A stretch of 64,000 nucleotides of DNA, taken from positions 1,440,001 through 1,504,000 of the forward strand of contig OZ255836.1 in NCBI GenBank assembly GCA_965277715.1, given 5' to 3'. The position numbers and the translations under genes are program-made. This document shows, one piece after another, positions 54,822 through 64,000 of the stretch. The notes beneath the pieces were generated by a model. It saw nothing but the letters and a program-made list of their open reading frames with translations. It was not told the DNA's origin and did no database searches. Source of the DNA: Gammaproteobacteria bacterium. Its GTDB lineage: Bacteria; Pseudomonadota; Gammaproteobacteria; JBCCGL01. How positions within the stretch are numbered: the first letter of the stretch is position 1; each line of letters begins with the position of its first letter.

Positions 54822-55319
54822 TTACACTTTTAAGCAGCGCTCACCCCGTGAGATACCCGCTGCACCTGAGCGCACTACCTCAAGAATACTGTCCTCACTG
54901 AGCGCTTCGATAAACGCATCCAGTTTACCTGCATCGCCGGTCAGTTCAATAACGTAGCTAACATCACTCACATCGATAATACGCCCCCGAAAAATATCAC
55001 ACAGGCGCTTAACCTCTTCACGCAAACTACCACCCGCCTTGACTTTGATCAGCATCATCTCACGGTCAATGTGCAAAGAGCCGGTCATGTCACTCAGGCG
55101 TACCACGTCTATCAGTTTGTTGAGTTGCTTGGTTATCTGTTCAATGACCTCATCTGTGCCACGGGTCACGATGGTCATGCGCGATAAGGTGCTGTCATGC
55201 GTTGCCGCAACAGTCAGCGATTCGATGTTATAACCGCGTGCAGAGAACAGACCGGCAACCCGCGACAGTGCACCCGGCTCATTTTCCAGCAAAATGGATA
55301 TGATGTGTCTTTGTTTCAT
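54822..55319 (-). CDS. ilvH: acetolactate synthase small subunit
   Basis: ENEPGALSRVAGLFSARGYNIESL ACT domain. Confidence 0.95.
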   Translation of the reverse strand: MKQRHIISILLENEPGALSRVAGLFSARGYNIESLTVAATHDSTLSRMTIVTRGTDEVIEQITKQLNKLIDVVRLSDMTGSLHIDREMMLIKVKAGGSLREEVKRLCDIFRGRIIDVSDVSYVIELTGDAGKLDAFIEALSEDSILEVVRSGAAGISRGERCLKV

Positions 55320-57037
55320 CAGGCAAGCTCTCTTGCAGGGTTCATTCGCATTTCGTGGTGGCCTTTGCCAGATTCAATCATGGGGTAAACATTTTCTTCC
55401 TGGTCAATCACAAAGTCCATAAACACGCAGCGCTGCTTCATGGCAAACGCCTCTTTCAGCGCACCCTCTACATCAGCGGGACTGTCTATTACCATGCCGA
55501 CGTGGCCGAAGCTCTCCGTCAGTTTTTTAAAGTCTGGAATCGCATCGACATAGGAATGTGAATAGCGTTTCTCGTAAGTGAACTCCTGCCACTGGCGCAC
55601 CATGCCCATATAGCGATTGTTAAGGTTGATGATCTTAACCGGCAGATTGTATTGCGCACAGGTGGACAGTTCCTGGATACACATCAAAATACTGGCTTCA
55701 CCGGTAATACACGCGACCGGCGAATCGGGAAACGCCAGCTGCACACCCATCGCGGCGGGTAGGCCAAACCCCATCGTGCCAAGCCCGCCCGAATTGATCC
55801 AACGGCGCGGTTTATCGAACGGGTAAAACTGGGCGGCAAACATTTGGTGTTGTCCCACATCGGAGGTGATGTAAGCGTCACCGCTCGTCACCTCCCACAA
55901 TTTCTCGACCACCATTTGTGGTTTTATCAAGCCATTGCCACGGTCATACCCCAGACAATTGGTGGCTCTCCAGTTTTGGATCTGCGTCCACCAGTCGCTG
56001 AGATCATCCGGGTCGGCGCGTTTACTGGTGTCTTTAAGAATGGCAATCAGCTCTTTCAATACCAGGCCCACATCACCGACAATGGGTATATCAACCCGCA
56101 CGACTTTGGAGATCGACGCCGGGTCAATATCGATATGAATAATCTTTGCATTAGGGCAAAAGTGGGCAATTTCACCGGTAACGCGATCATCAAAGCGCGC
56201 ACCAATGGCAATCAACACATCGCATTCATGCATTGCCATATTGGCCTCATAAGTACCATGCATACCCAACATACCGATAAATTGCTTATCTGTAGCGGGG
56301 TAGGCACCCAACCCCATCAGCGTATTAGTAATAGGGTAATCCAGTGTTTTCGTCAGTTCTGTGAGTTGTTCGGCGGCGTTGCCAAGTACGACACCACCTC
56401 CCGAGTAAATCATCGGGCGTTTGGCTGACACCATCATATCCACTGCCTTGCGCATCTGCCCTGGGTGCCCCGTTATCGTCGGGTTGTAGGAGCGCATGGT
56501 AATAGACGGCGGATAGTTAAACGGTATCTTGATATTCGGCGCTGTCAGATCCTTGGGAATATCGACAACCACCGGGCCAGGCCGTCCTGTGGTGGCGACA
56601 TAAAATGCCTTTTTTATGGTCTCCGCCATCGTATCCAGCGACTGCACCAGAAAATTGTGTTTCACACAGGGCCGGGAGATTCCAATACTGTCAACTTCCT
56701 GAAAAGCATCGCTGCCGATAAATTTTTTCGGCACTTGCCCGGTCAGAACAACCATCGGGATCGAATCGAGATGGGCGGTGGCGATGCCGGTGATGGCGTT
56801 AGTAGCGCCGGGGCCAGAGGTCACCAACACCACACCGGGCTTACCCGTGGCACGGGCATACCCATCTGCGGCGTGCGTGGCACCCTGCTCGTGGCGCACG
56901 AGAATATGTTGCACGTCTTTTTGTTCGTACAGCGCATCGTATATATGTAATACGGCACCACCTGGATACCCAAAGATAAACTCAACGCCCTCCTCCTTCA
57001 GCGACTGAACGATAATCTCGCCACCCGATAACTCCAC
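55319..57037 (-). CDS. ilvI: acetolactate synthase large subunit
   Basis: FGYPGG, VRHEQ, TSGPGATN, DVGQHQM, MGMVRQWQ. Confidence 0.96.
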   Translation of the reverse strand: MELSGGEIIVQSLKEEGVEFIFGYPGGAVLHIYDALYEQKDVQHILVRHEQGATHAADGYARATGKPGVVLVTSGPGATNAITGIATAHLDSIPMVVLTGQVPKKFIGSDAFQEVDSIGISRPCVKHNFLVQSLDTMAETIKKAFYVATTGRPGPVVVDIPKDLTAPNIKIPFNYPPSITMRSYNPTITGHPGQMRKAVDMMVSAKRPMIYSGGGVVLGNAAEQLTELTKTLDYPITNTLMGLGAYPATDKQFIGMLGMHGTYEANMAMHECDVLIAIGARFDDRVTGEIAHFCPNAKIIHIDIDPASISKVVRVDIPIVGDVGLVLKELIAILKDTSKRADPDDLSDWWTQIQNWRATNCLGYDRGNGLIKPQMVVEKLWEVTSGDAYITSDVGQHQMFAAQFYPFDKPRRWINSGGLGTMGFGLPAAMGVQLAFPDSPVACITGEASILMCIQELSTCAQYNLPVKIINLNNRYMGMVRQWQEFTYEKRYSHSYVDAIPDFKKLTESFGHVGMVIDSPADVEGALKEAFAMKQRCVFMDFVIDQEENVYPMIESGKGHHEMRMNPARELA

Positions 57038-57069
57038 GTTTACTCCCCTAAGTCTCTTGTTAAATATAA

Positions 57070-57147
57070 AATACGGCCTGAAATTTTAGTGTCAGGCCGT
57101 ATTACAATTAAAAAAACGCACGATTTCGCGAGAAATCGCACGTTTTC
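57070..57147 (-). terminator. two tandem hairpins with U-tracts upstream of ilvI
   Basis: AATACGGCCTGA..TCAGGCCGTATT and CGATTTC-GCGA-GAAATCG, each followed by T-runs on the - strand. Confidence 0.6.
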
Positions 57148-57229
57148 AGTTAGCCTGCTAGTTTAATATGAAATGAATAGAAATTGCACGGCCAGGCGCA
57201 AAATTACCTGCGATTCGTATCAACGCCTC

Positions 57230-58087
57230 TTAGTGCTCTTTGCCTGTGACCAGATTGGATACCGGTATTAGTTTGGCACTGCCTGCCTGCTGGACAGGTA
57301 ACGCTTCTTTCAACGTAGCAATTTGTTCGATACGCTCATCCATGCCGGGATGCGTGCTGGCAAATTGCAGTACGCCAGGCGCACCCTGGTCTTCTTGCAA
57401 GCGCGTAAAGAAGTCCTGACTGCCATTGATGTGCCCGTAGTATGCCTGCAAAGCGTGCAGTGCCAGTGCATCGGCAGCGCTTTCCTGTGACCGACTGAAT
57501 TTAAGCGATGTCAGTGTGGTACTCGTCATCACAGCTGCGGCTGCGCCATTGTTGTCGATGCTACCAGTGATTATTGACATAACAACACCGATGAGAATGC
57601 CGCTGCTCAACGATTTGATTGGGTGGCGTTCTTTGATATGCGCTATTTCATGTGCCAACACGAAAGCGAGCTCGTTTTCAGACATTACATAGTCGAGCAG
57701 GCCTTGGTTAATCAATATCAGGCCGTCGAGTGTAGCAAAGGCATTGATTGCGTCGTCGTCTACATAGGCTACCTGGATAGACATACCCATAGGCAAATCC
57801 ATTTTGTCCGCCAGGCCCTGCGCCAATTGTGTTAAATAATCGTATATCGGTTGGTTTTTTTGCGAATCGCTTTCAGCAACTACCGTTTTTATAAAGGTAG
57901 ACGGTATGATTTTTTGTTCATATTCAAATGGGATGTGTTGTGCAAAATGTTGTACCAGCAGATGCACGGCTACAACCAAGGCGATAAGCAATAGAAAAAC
58001 CCCGGCAACCAATACGGCAAATTCTTTTAACGGATTCTCCTTGCTGTAATTAATTTCCTCTGGGATTTTTGGATTGGAGTAAAGCAT
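57230..58087 (-). CDS. M48 family metallopeptidase
   Basis: INAFAT, VLAHEIAH (HExxH), SRSQESAAD, STHP. Confidence 0.9.
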   Translation of the reverse strand: MLYSNPKIPEEINYSKENPLKEFAVLVAGVFLLLIALVVAVHLLVQHFAQHIPFEYEQKIIPSTFIKTVVAESDSQKNQPIYDYLTQLAQGLADKMDLPMGMSIQVAYVDDDAINAFATLDGLILINQGLLDYVMSENELAFVLAHEIAHIKERHPIKSLSSGILIGVVMSIITGSIDNNGAAAAVMTSTTLTSLKFSRSQESAADALALHALQAYYGHINGSQDFFTRLQEDQGAPGVLQFASTHPGMDERIEQIATLKEALPVQQAGSAKLIPVSNLVTGKEH

Positions 58088-58088
58088 G

Positions 58089-58547
58089 TCAAGGCGATTT
58101 TGGAATCACCGCAGTGCCGTAAGCGTACACTTCCACAGAGCCTATTGCATTGTGCCTACCTTTAGAAATTGAAGCGGTTTCCAATTTGCAGTTAAACACG
58201 GCTATAGCGCCATTGTCTGCGGCTTCCTGTTTCATACGCAGCAGTGCTTCACGGCGTGCCCGCTCTAACAATGTTTCATACACACGGATGCGTCCCCCCA
58301 CTAATGCACGTAAACCCGAGAGAAACCGTTTAAAGTAATCAATTGAAATAACCACACTACCATCGACAAATTGATTGTCGAATTTACTGTTATTGAATTC
58401 GGTCAGTAGTTTTTTTTCTGGAACGATAAGAATACCTTTTAACGCATCTTCCCGTTCGATAATCTGTTTGAAATGTCGTCGTTCTGAGAATGTACCAAAG
58501 CCGTAACCCAGCACTAATAAGATAAACAGTATAGCTATATCAACCAT
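58089..58547 (-). CDS. YbjQ-like (UPF0145) protein with N-terminal TM
   Basis: GGRIRVYETLLERARREA..EVYAYGTA. Confidence 0.82.
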   Translation of the reverse strand: MVDIAILFILLVLGYGFGTFSERRHFKQIIEREDALKGILIVPEKKLLTEFNNSKFDNQFVDGSVVISIDYFKRFLSGLRALVGGRIRVYETLLERARREALLRMKQEAADNGAIAVFNCKLETASISKGRHNAIGSVEVYAYGTAVIPKSP

Positions 58548-58550
58548 GCG

Positions 58551-58865
58551 CTATTCCAGGACAACAGCCGTGCCATAAACGAATAACTCAGCGGCACCCT
58601 GTGTAACAGATGATGTTGAAAAACGCACATTGAGCACGGCATTGGCACCAATGGCTTTAGCTTGCTGCTGCATGCGATGCGTGGCCTCTGCGCGGGACTC
58701 TTGCAATAATTCGGTGTAGCCTTTTAACTCACCACCAAAAATATTCTTCAGGCTGGCCATAATATCCCGCCCGGCATGTTTGGCACGCACCGAACTACCT
58801 TGTACCAAACCGAGGTGCCTAGTGATAGTTTTACCGGAAACAGTTTCCAAATTGCTAATAATCAT
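58551..58865 (-). CDS. YbjQ (UPF0145) family protein
   Basis: GRDIMASLKNIFGGELKGYTELL..GANAV..YGTAV. Confidence 0.9.
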   Translation of the reverse strand: MIISNLETVSGKTITRHLGLVQGSSVRAKHAGRDIMASLKNIFGGELKGYTELLQESRAEATHRMQQQAKAIGANAVLNVRFSTSSVTQGAAELFVYGTAVVLE

Positions 58866-59029
58866 TATTACTCTTCATGTGGCAAGGTGAGTTAACTTGC
58901 TGTTTTTATATATACAAACGAAAAAACATTCTAACAGAAGGAATACCAGAAGGTATCAGAAGGTTTATCACAGTGAAACGCCCATTCGAAAGGTGCCTGA
59001 TATTGCGTTACCTTCTATTTATTTGGCAG

Positions 59030-59200
59030 TATCGCCCCTTGCCTACATCCCTGTAGGCAAAGCTACCGCTCCTGCTATCGCCCCTTGCCTACATCCCTGT
59101 AGGCAAAGCTACCGCTCCTGCTATCGCCCCTTGCCTACATCCCTGTAGGCAAAGCTACCGCTCCCAGCTATCGCCCCTTGCCTACATCCCTGTAGGCAAA
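59030..59200. repeat. tandem array of a 46-bp palindromic unit, about 3.7 copies
   Basis: Unit TATCGCCCCTTGCCTACATCCCTGTAGGCAAAGCTACCGCTCCTGC at 59030, 59076, 59122 (47-bp variant) and 59169 (partial). Confidence 0.95.
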
Positions 59201-60342
59201 AGTGGTGGTGCATCAACCGATACAAACGTCTCAGCAAAAAAACCATTAAAGCGTGTCGAAGCCGCGTTGGAATAAGCCCCAATTTGGCCAATTTCAATCC
59301 AATCTCCCTCTTCGGCGTCCACCGGCAACGTAAACGGCGCAGGTAATATATCCACGCAATCACATGTCGGCCCGAGGATACGGAAGGCCTGTTGCTCACG
59401 GCTTAACGTTCGCCAGGGGTTAACTAGCCTCGTCGGCAGTTTAATCTTCGCCACCAGTGTTTCAGACAAACTCTGGTAAACCCCATCGTTAATATATAAA
59501 TCATTGCCCTTGCGCAACTGAATTTGTGCCAATAGCGAACAACCACTGGCAACCATCGCCCTGCCCGGCTCACACATCAGGACACAATCACCCCGCAATC
59601 CAGCCCCTGCAACCGCCTCGCGAATGGTGTCGATATACACCGACAACGCAGGGGGTGCGTCATCGTCGTAACACGCGGGGAAACCACCGCCAACATCGAG
59701 GTAGTGAATCGGCACATCGGCACGGTGTATAATATTTAGCGCCGTATCCACACCTGCCTTAAATGCCTGCGGTTCACGGCACTGGGAGCCCACGTGGAAG
59801 GCGATGCCTGTTTGAAACCCCGCCTGGTGGACGCTGCGCAGCAAAGCCACGGCATCCTCCCCTTCGCTGCCAAACTTATCAGACAATTTATACTGGGCAT
59901 CAAAACCCGGCGTGACAATCCGCACCAGCACAACACGGCCATCCCCCGCACCAGTTACTGCGATCATTTTTTCCAACTCCTTAATATGGTCGATCACATA
60001 GTGGTCTACCCGGTATACATCGTGGGCACTTTGAATCGCTGCACGCGGTTTGACCGGGTGCATAAAATAGCAGTCAGCCTGTGGAAAGTGCTCGCGCACC
60101 AAGGCAATTTCCGCCAGCGAGGCCGTATCAAAGTGCCGAATGCCAGCATCGTATAGAGCCTGTAATACAACGACATGTGGGTTGCACTTCACCGCATACA
60201 GTACTCTGCCGGGAAACTGCTTAAGAAAATACTCCGCCTGGCGTGCAAGTTCAGCGGGGCGTAGGCAGTAAACCGGGTAACCCGGTTTGAGTGCCTGGAT
60301 AACCGCTTCAACGTCAGCGAAATTAGGGATTTTTGCCATCAA
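59182..60342 (-). CDS. fold-type III PLP decarboxylase (ornithine/lysine decarboxylase family)
   Basis: YAVKCN (PLP Lys), FDTAS, FHVGSQ, LDVGGGFP, EPGR, GPTCD, GAY. Confidence 0.92.
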   Translation of the reverse strand: MMAKIPNFADVEAVIQALKPGYPVYCLRPAELARQAEYFLKQFPGRVLYAVKCNPHVVVLQALYDAGIRHFDTASLAEIALVREHFPQADCYFMHPVKPRAAIQSAHDVYRVDHYVIDHIKELEKMIAVTGAGDGRVVLVRIVTPGFDAQYKLSDKFGSEGEDAVALLRSVHQAGFQTGIAFHVGSQCREPQAFKAGVDTALNIIHRADVPIHYLDVGGGFPACYDDDAPPALSVYIDTIREAVAGAGLRGDCVLMCEPGRAMVASGCSLLAQIQLRKGNDLYINDGVYQSLSETLVAKIKLPTRLVNPWRTLSREQQAFRILGPTCDCVDILPAPFTLPVDAEEGDWIEIGQIGAYSNAASTRFNGFFAETFVSVDAPPLLPTGM

Positions 60343-61438
60343 TATAACTCACACGATAAATAATGCCCGCCTTATCATCTGCGACTAACAGGGAGCCATC
60401 ATTCAACTCCAATAGTGCAGCGGGCCGACCACTGGCAGACTGCCCCACCAGCCAACCCTGAATAAAAGGCTGGTAAGACACCACGTTATTATTTTCAATC
60501 ATCGCCACCATAACCCGATACCCCACTTTGCTGCTGCGATTCCAGGAACCGTGCTCGGCGACAAAAAGTGCGTGGCGGTATTTTTCCGGGAACTGTTTGC
60601 CCCGGTAAAAATGGATGCCCAAGGGTGCAACGTGCGCCTGAAGATTCAGCACCGGAGTGACATAATCCGGATTTTCTCTGTCGCGAAATTCCGGTTGCGG
60701 TGTGTTATTACCGTAGACATAAGGAAAACCAAAATGCTGGCCTGCAGCAGAGACCCGGTTAATTTCATCGGGGGGTATATCATCACCGATACTGTCGCGA
60801 CCATTGTCAGAAAACCACAGTTCACCCGTTACCGGGTGCCAGTCAAAACCGACACTGTTACGCACACCAGAGGCGTATAGCGACCATTTATTCGTATCGA
60901 TGTCCAGGTTCAGAATAGTGCCGAATACCGGGTTGCGCGTTTCACAAATATTACACGGAACCCCCACCGGCACATACAGTTTGCCATCGTCGCCAAAGCG
61001 AATAAATTTCCAGCCGTGGTGGGTTGCATCGGGCAGGTCACTTGAGATTATTTCCGCTTTGGGGGGCGACTGTAAGCGGGACTCAATATCGGCATAACGC
61101 AGTATGCGGTTAACCGCAGCGACATAGAGTGATTGATCCTTAAACGCAATACCGCTCGGCAGCAGCAACTGACGGGCAATAGTAAACACTTTATCGGCGC
61201 GAAAATCGGCATCCGTGTCGACCACTGCATACACATTTCCCGCATTGCGTGAGCCCACAAACACGGTACCCTTGTCCCCCAGGGCCATCTGCCGTGCATT
61301 GGGCACCTGATCGGTAAATACGTCGATACGAAACCCGTCTGGCACACGTAAACCGGTGGCATTGGCTGACCAGGCAACACATACACACAGGCAGACAATC
61401 AAGCGCAATCCCTGTATTAGTAAAGCTGATATCGACAT
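60323..61438 (-). CDS. glucose/sorbosone dehydrogenase family beta-propeller protein
   Basis: Signal peptide, HHGWK, GVPCNIC, GVRNSVG, AHVAPLG, EHGSWNR, GRP. Confidence 0.88.
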   Translation of the reverse strand: MSISALLIQGLRLIVCLCVCVAWSANATGLRVPDGFRIDVFTDQVPNARQMALGDKGTVFVGSRNAGNVYAVVDTDADFRADKVFTIARQLLLPSGIAFKDQSLYVAAVNRILRYADIESRLQSPPKAEIISSDLPDATHHGWKFIRFGDDGKLYVPVGVPCNICETRNPVFGTILNLDIDTNKWSLYASGVRNSVGFDWHPVTGELWFSDNGRDSIGDDIPPDEINRVSAAGQHFGFPYVYGNNTPQPEFRDRENPDYVTPVLNLQAHVAPLGIHFYRGKQFPEKYRHALFVAEHGSWNRSSKVGYRVMVAMIENNNVVSYQPFIQGWLVGQSASGRPAALLELNDGSLLVADDKAGIIYRVSYIDGKNP

Positions 61439-61540
61439 AATTCCAAAAATCTCAGTTAAGTTCTCAGTAATATAGTTGTCGGGAAACCAGGCATTCTACC
61501 TGTAACCCACACAAGCGATATCCACAATAACCAATGGTAG

Positions 61541-62169
61541 TGATTTGGCTACACTAATTCGGACACCTCACTTAAAGTAAACTGAGTTTACCAGAGGAAC
61601 CGAAAATGAACGAGAAAAAGCCCTATACCATAGAATTTCGAGAATCAGCGGTTAAGTTAGCCTTGAAAAAGGATCAAACAATTGCAACAACAGCACGTGA
61701 ACTGGGCGTGAATGAGAATACTTTGCCTACCTGGATTAGCAAATAGAGCCAACCCGTTACGGATGGCTACGGACGCACCGATGAACACTTATATGATGAA
61801 CCCAAACGGTTGAAAAAAGAAACTATTCGTTTGAAGGAGGAACGGGATTTATTAAAAAAAGCGGCCGCGTACTTTGCCAGGGAACAAAAGTGAAGTACGC
61901 CTGGAGACCACAACATCAGTCAACCTACGGCGTTCGACCTCTTTGTCGATTTATGGACGTTTCCAGTAGAGGTTATCATTCCGGGTTAAAACAAGGTGTC
62001 ACCTTACGGAATCAGGAAAACCAGCGTCTGACAGAGCGTCTAAGCGTTTTTTTGAACAGGGACGAGGGACTTAGGGTACGCGACGTTTACAACGCTTATT
62101 TGCCAATGAAAGCCTTCGTATCAGTCGTCGCCGAATAGGGCGTTTATCCAATAAAGTGTTGACATATCA
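61541..62169 (+). mobile_element. internally deleted IS3-family element with both IRs
   Basis: IRL TGATTTGGCTACACTAATTCGGA matches the reverse complement of IRR, TGATATGTCAACACTTTATTGGA. orfA from 61606 has an in-frame TAG at 61744, followed by an A7G slippery site and a truncated orfB. Confidence 0.85.
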
Positions 62170-62212
62170 CATTGCAGCTTTTAGCTTTTCTTCGTAACGC
62201 TTGAATTCGCTT

Positions 62213-62988
62213 GGCTTATCTTTACCTAATTACCACTCAAGCTAAGCCTATTTTCAGCATTTTTTCAGTCATAGATGGTGTTCTTAATGCCACATAGAAG
62301 AACCGGGGGAGTATATCTTTAAGTGAAAATCGCCGATTAAACCGGTACTGAAAGTCAGCAAGGTAGCGCTGAGCATATTTTGGCTGAATAGCATGATAGG
62401 TACTGCGTAAGGCAGACTTAAGATTGCCTAATATCGTATTTACCCAGTAAAACGCCGGTTCCTCTACCGAGGCTTTACCACCACCACACACAATTTTATC
62501 ATGCAGACAATCCGCTTTGGTAACGGCATTAAAACAAGCAAGGCCATCCGATATCACTGTTGTACCCGGTTCAATATGCTGCTTCGCCCACGCTTCAATC
62601 GCGTCACTACGAAATCCCTCAACGACATTTAATTTTATGCGTATAGGTTGGCTGTTGGCTGTCGTTTCAACCGCCGCTACAAATGCTGTTTTCCCTTTTG
62701 CACCGCGTCCTCTCTTGCAACCTGAATGCTCACCCCCTAAATAAGCATCATCGAGTTCAACTAATCCTGATAACGGTTTTGATTCATCACGTTCATACAT
62801 CACTTGCATGATCTTGTGCTTCATATGCCAAGCGGCTTTATATGAAATACCTAGATGCCTGTGTAACGCCATTGCAGACAGGCCTTTTTTATCTTGGGCA
62901 ATCAAATACAGTGTTTGAAACCAACAGGTTAACGGGCGTTTTGTGGCTTGAAAAATCGTACCGGCTGTAATGGATGTTTGGTGGTGGC
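62213..62988 (-). mobile_element. IS1595-family element, 5' part interrupted by an IS3-family insertion
   Basis: HQTSITAGTIF, VELDDAY, SDG, NLK, RYLADFQYRFNRR; the N-terminal Zn-ribbon is absent from the window; probable terminal GGCTTATC at 62213. Confidence 0.85.
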
Positions 62989-64000
62989 CCCCCTGTGTCA
63001 GGGTAGTTGTCCCCCTCCCTAAATCGGGATTCAATAAGTTATTACAGGAGGCAAAGAGAGAGTGATATGGGTTATCCAATAGAAAGGAAAGCGGCTGTTT
63101 TAAAGAAGATGCTGCCGCCGAACAATCAGACAATTTCCCGGTTAGCCAAAGAAGAAGGCATTGCACAAGGTACGCTTTATAGTTGGCGAGCCCAAGCAAG
63201 AGCGAAAGGCGAACTCATGCCAGATGGCGATTTGACACCAGCAGGTTGGGGTTCTTCGGATAAGTTTGCAGCGGTTCTGGAAAGTGCGTCATTAAGCGAA
63301 ACAGACCTTTCAGCTTATTGCCGTCATCGTGGTTTGTACCCTGATCAGATTAAGGCATGGCGAATGGCTTGTGAACAAGCCAATGACTGGGATCGCGCCC
63401 AAACGAAACGTTTACAAACCAGTCGTAGAGAAGCGGATAAACGTATTAAACGTCTCGAACAAGACCTGCACCGAAAGGAGAAAGCGTTAGCCGAAACAGC
63501 CGCTTTGCTGGTGCTTAGAGAAAAGGCCCAAGCGATCTGGGGGGAGGGAGAGGACGAATGACCTGCCATTCAGATCGCCAAAATAGTATCCGTTTAATCA
63601 AAGAGGCCGTTGTCGCTGGCGCTACATTAAGCAAAGCGTGCAAAGTGCTTGAGTGACACCCTAAGACGTACCGACGCTGGGCAAACGCGGGTACTGTCCG
63701 TGCTGATGGCAGACCCAGCGCTCATCGACAGGCGCCTGGTAATAAGTTCACAACAGAAGAGCGGGCATTGATCGTCACCACTTGTAATGAAGCGAAATAC
63801 CAAGCGCTACCCCCCTCGCAAATTGTGCCCAAATTGGCGGATGAAGGTGTGTATATTGGGTCAGAGTCAAGCTTCTATCGGGTGTTAAAGTCGGAAAACC
63901 AACTGCAGCGGCGAGGTAAGGCGGCGGCGCCTAAAAAACGGCACAAACCTAACAGCTACCTGGCATCAAGGCCAAACGAGGTGTGGTCTTGGGATATTAC
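62989..64000 (+). mobile_element. IS3-family element (runs off the window); orfA 63067-63561, orfB from 63558 with an in-frame TGA at 63654
   Basis: End TGTCAGGGTAGTTGTC; MGYPIERKAAVLKKMLPP; orfB PPSQIVPKLADEGVYIGSESSFYRVL..PNEVWSWDI. Confidence 0.88.

Noticed and set aside
59030-59200. possible CRISPR array
   Set aside because: The sequences between the palindromes are identical rather than unique spacers, and there are no cas genes in the window.
62989-63199. N-terminus of the 320-aa IS1595 ORF
   Set aside because: It is antisense read-through into the inserted IS3 element, so the ORF is chimeric.
63654-63656. in-frame TGA as selenocysteine or programmed readthrough
   Set aside because: It lies in a transposase at a non-catalytic position among other decayed IS elements, so a simple nonsense mutation is more likely.

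Overview
A 64-kb chromosomal window from a gammaproteobacterium. A marine sulfur-oxidiser or symbiont-like organism is inferred from gene content (PPi-type PFK, many decayed IS elements) and is not proven. The backbone is housekeeping genes: parE, cnoX, dsbC-xerD, mobB-moeA, lptFG-pepA-holC-valS, pfp, an ABC-F protein, zapD, argJ-secA, msrB, prfC, rimI, pssA and ilvIHC. Accessory pieces are interspersed. (1) An Rpn/PD-(D/E)XK nuclease with a heptad-repeat tail and a candidate internal start, flanked by degenerate REP-like direct repeats. (2) A DUF692 (MNIO)/DUF2063 RiPP cluster with two tandem Cys-rich bufferin-2-like precursors, one of which has a lipobox, plus a DUF2970-like gene. (3) An IS-scar region followed by a racemase/isomerase and a Tat-type peptide-family ABC importer. 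(4) A LapBCE-like type I secretion system with no substrate gene nearby. (5) Several palindromic repeats, including a 46-bp tandem array that supplies a stop codon. (6) Nested or decayed IS3, IS4, IS66 and IS1595 remnants. No rRNA, tRNA or CRISPR array was seen. All family calls come from motif recognition by eye, with no database searches.
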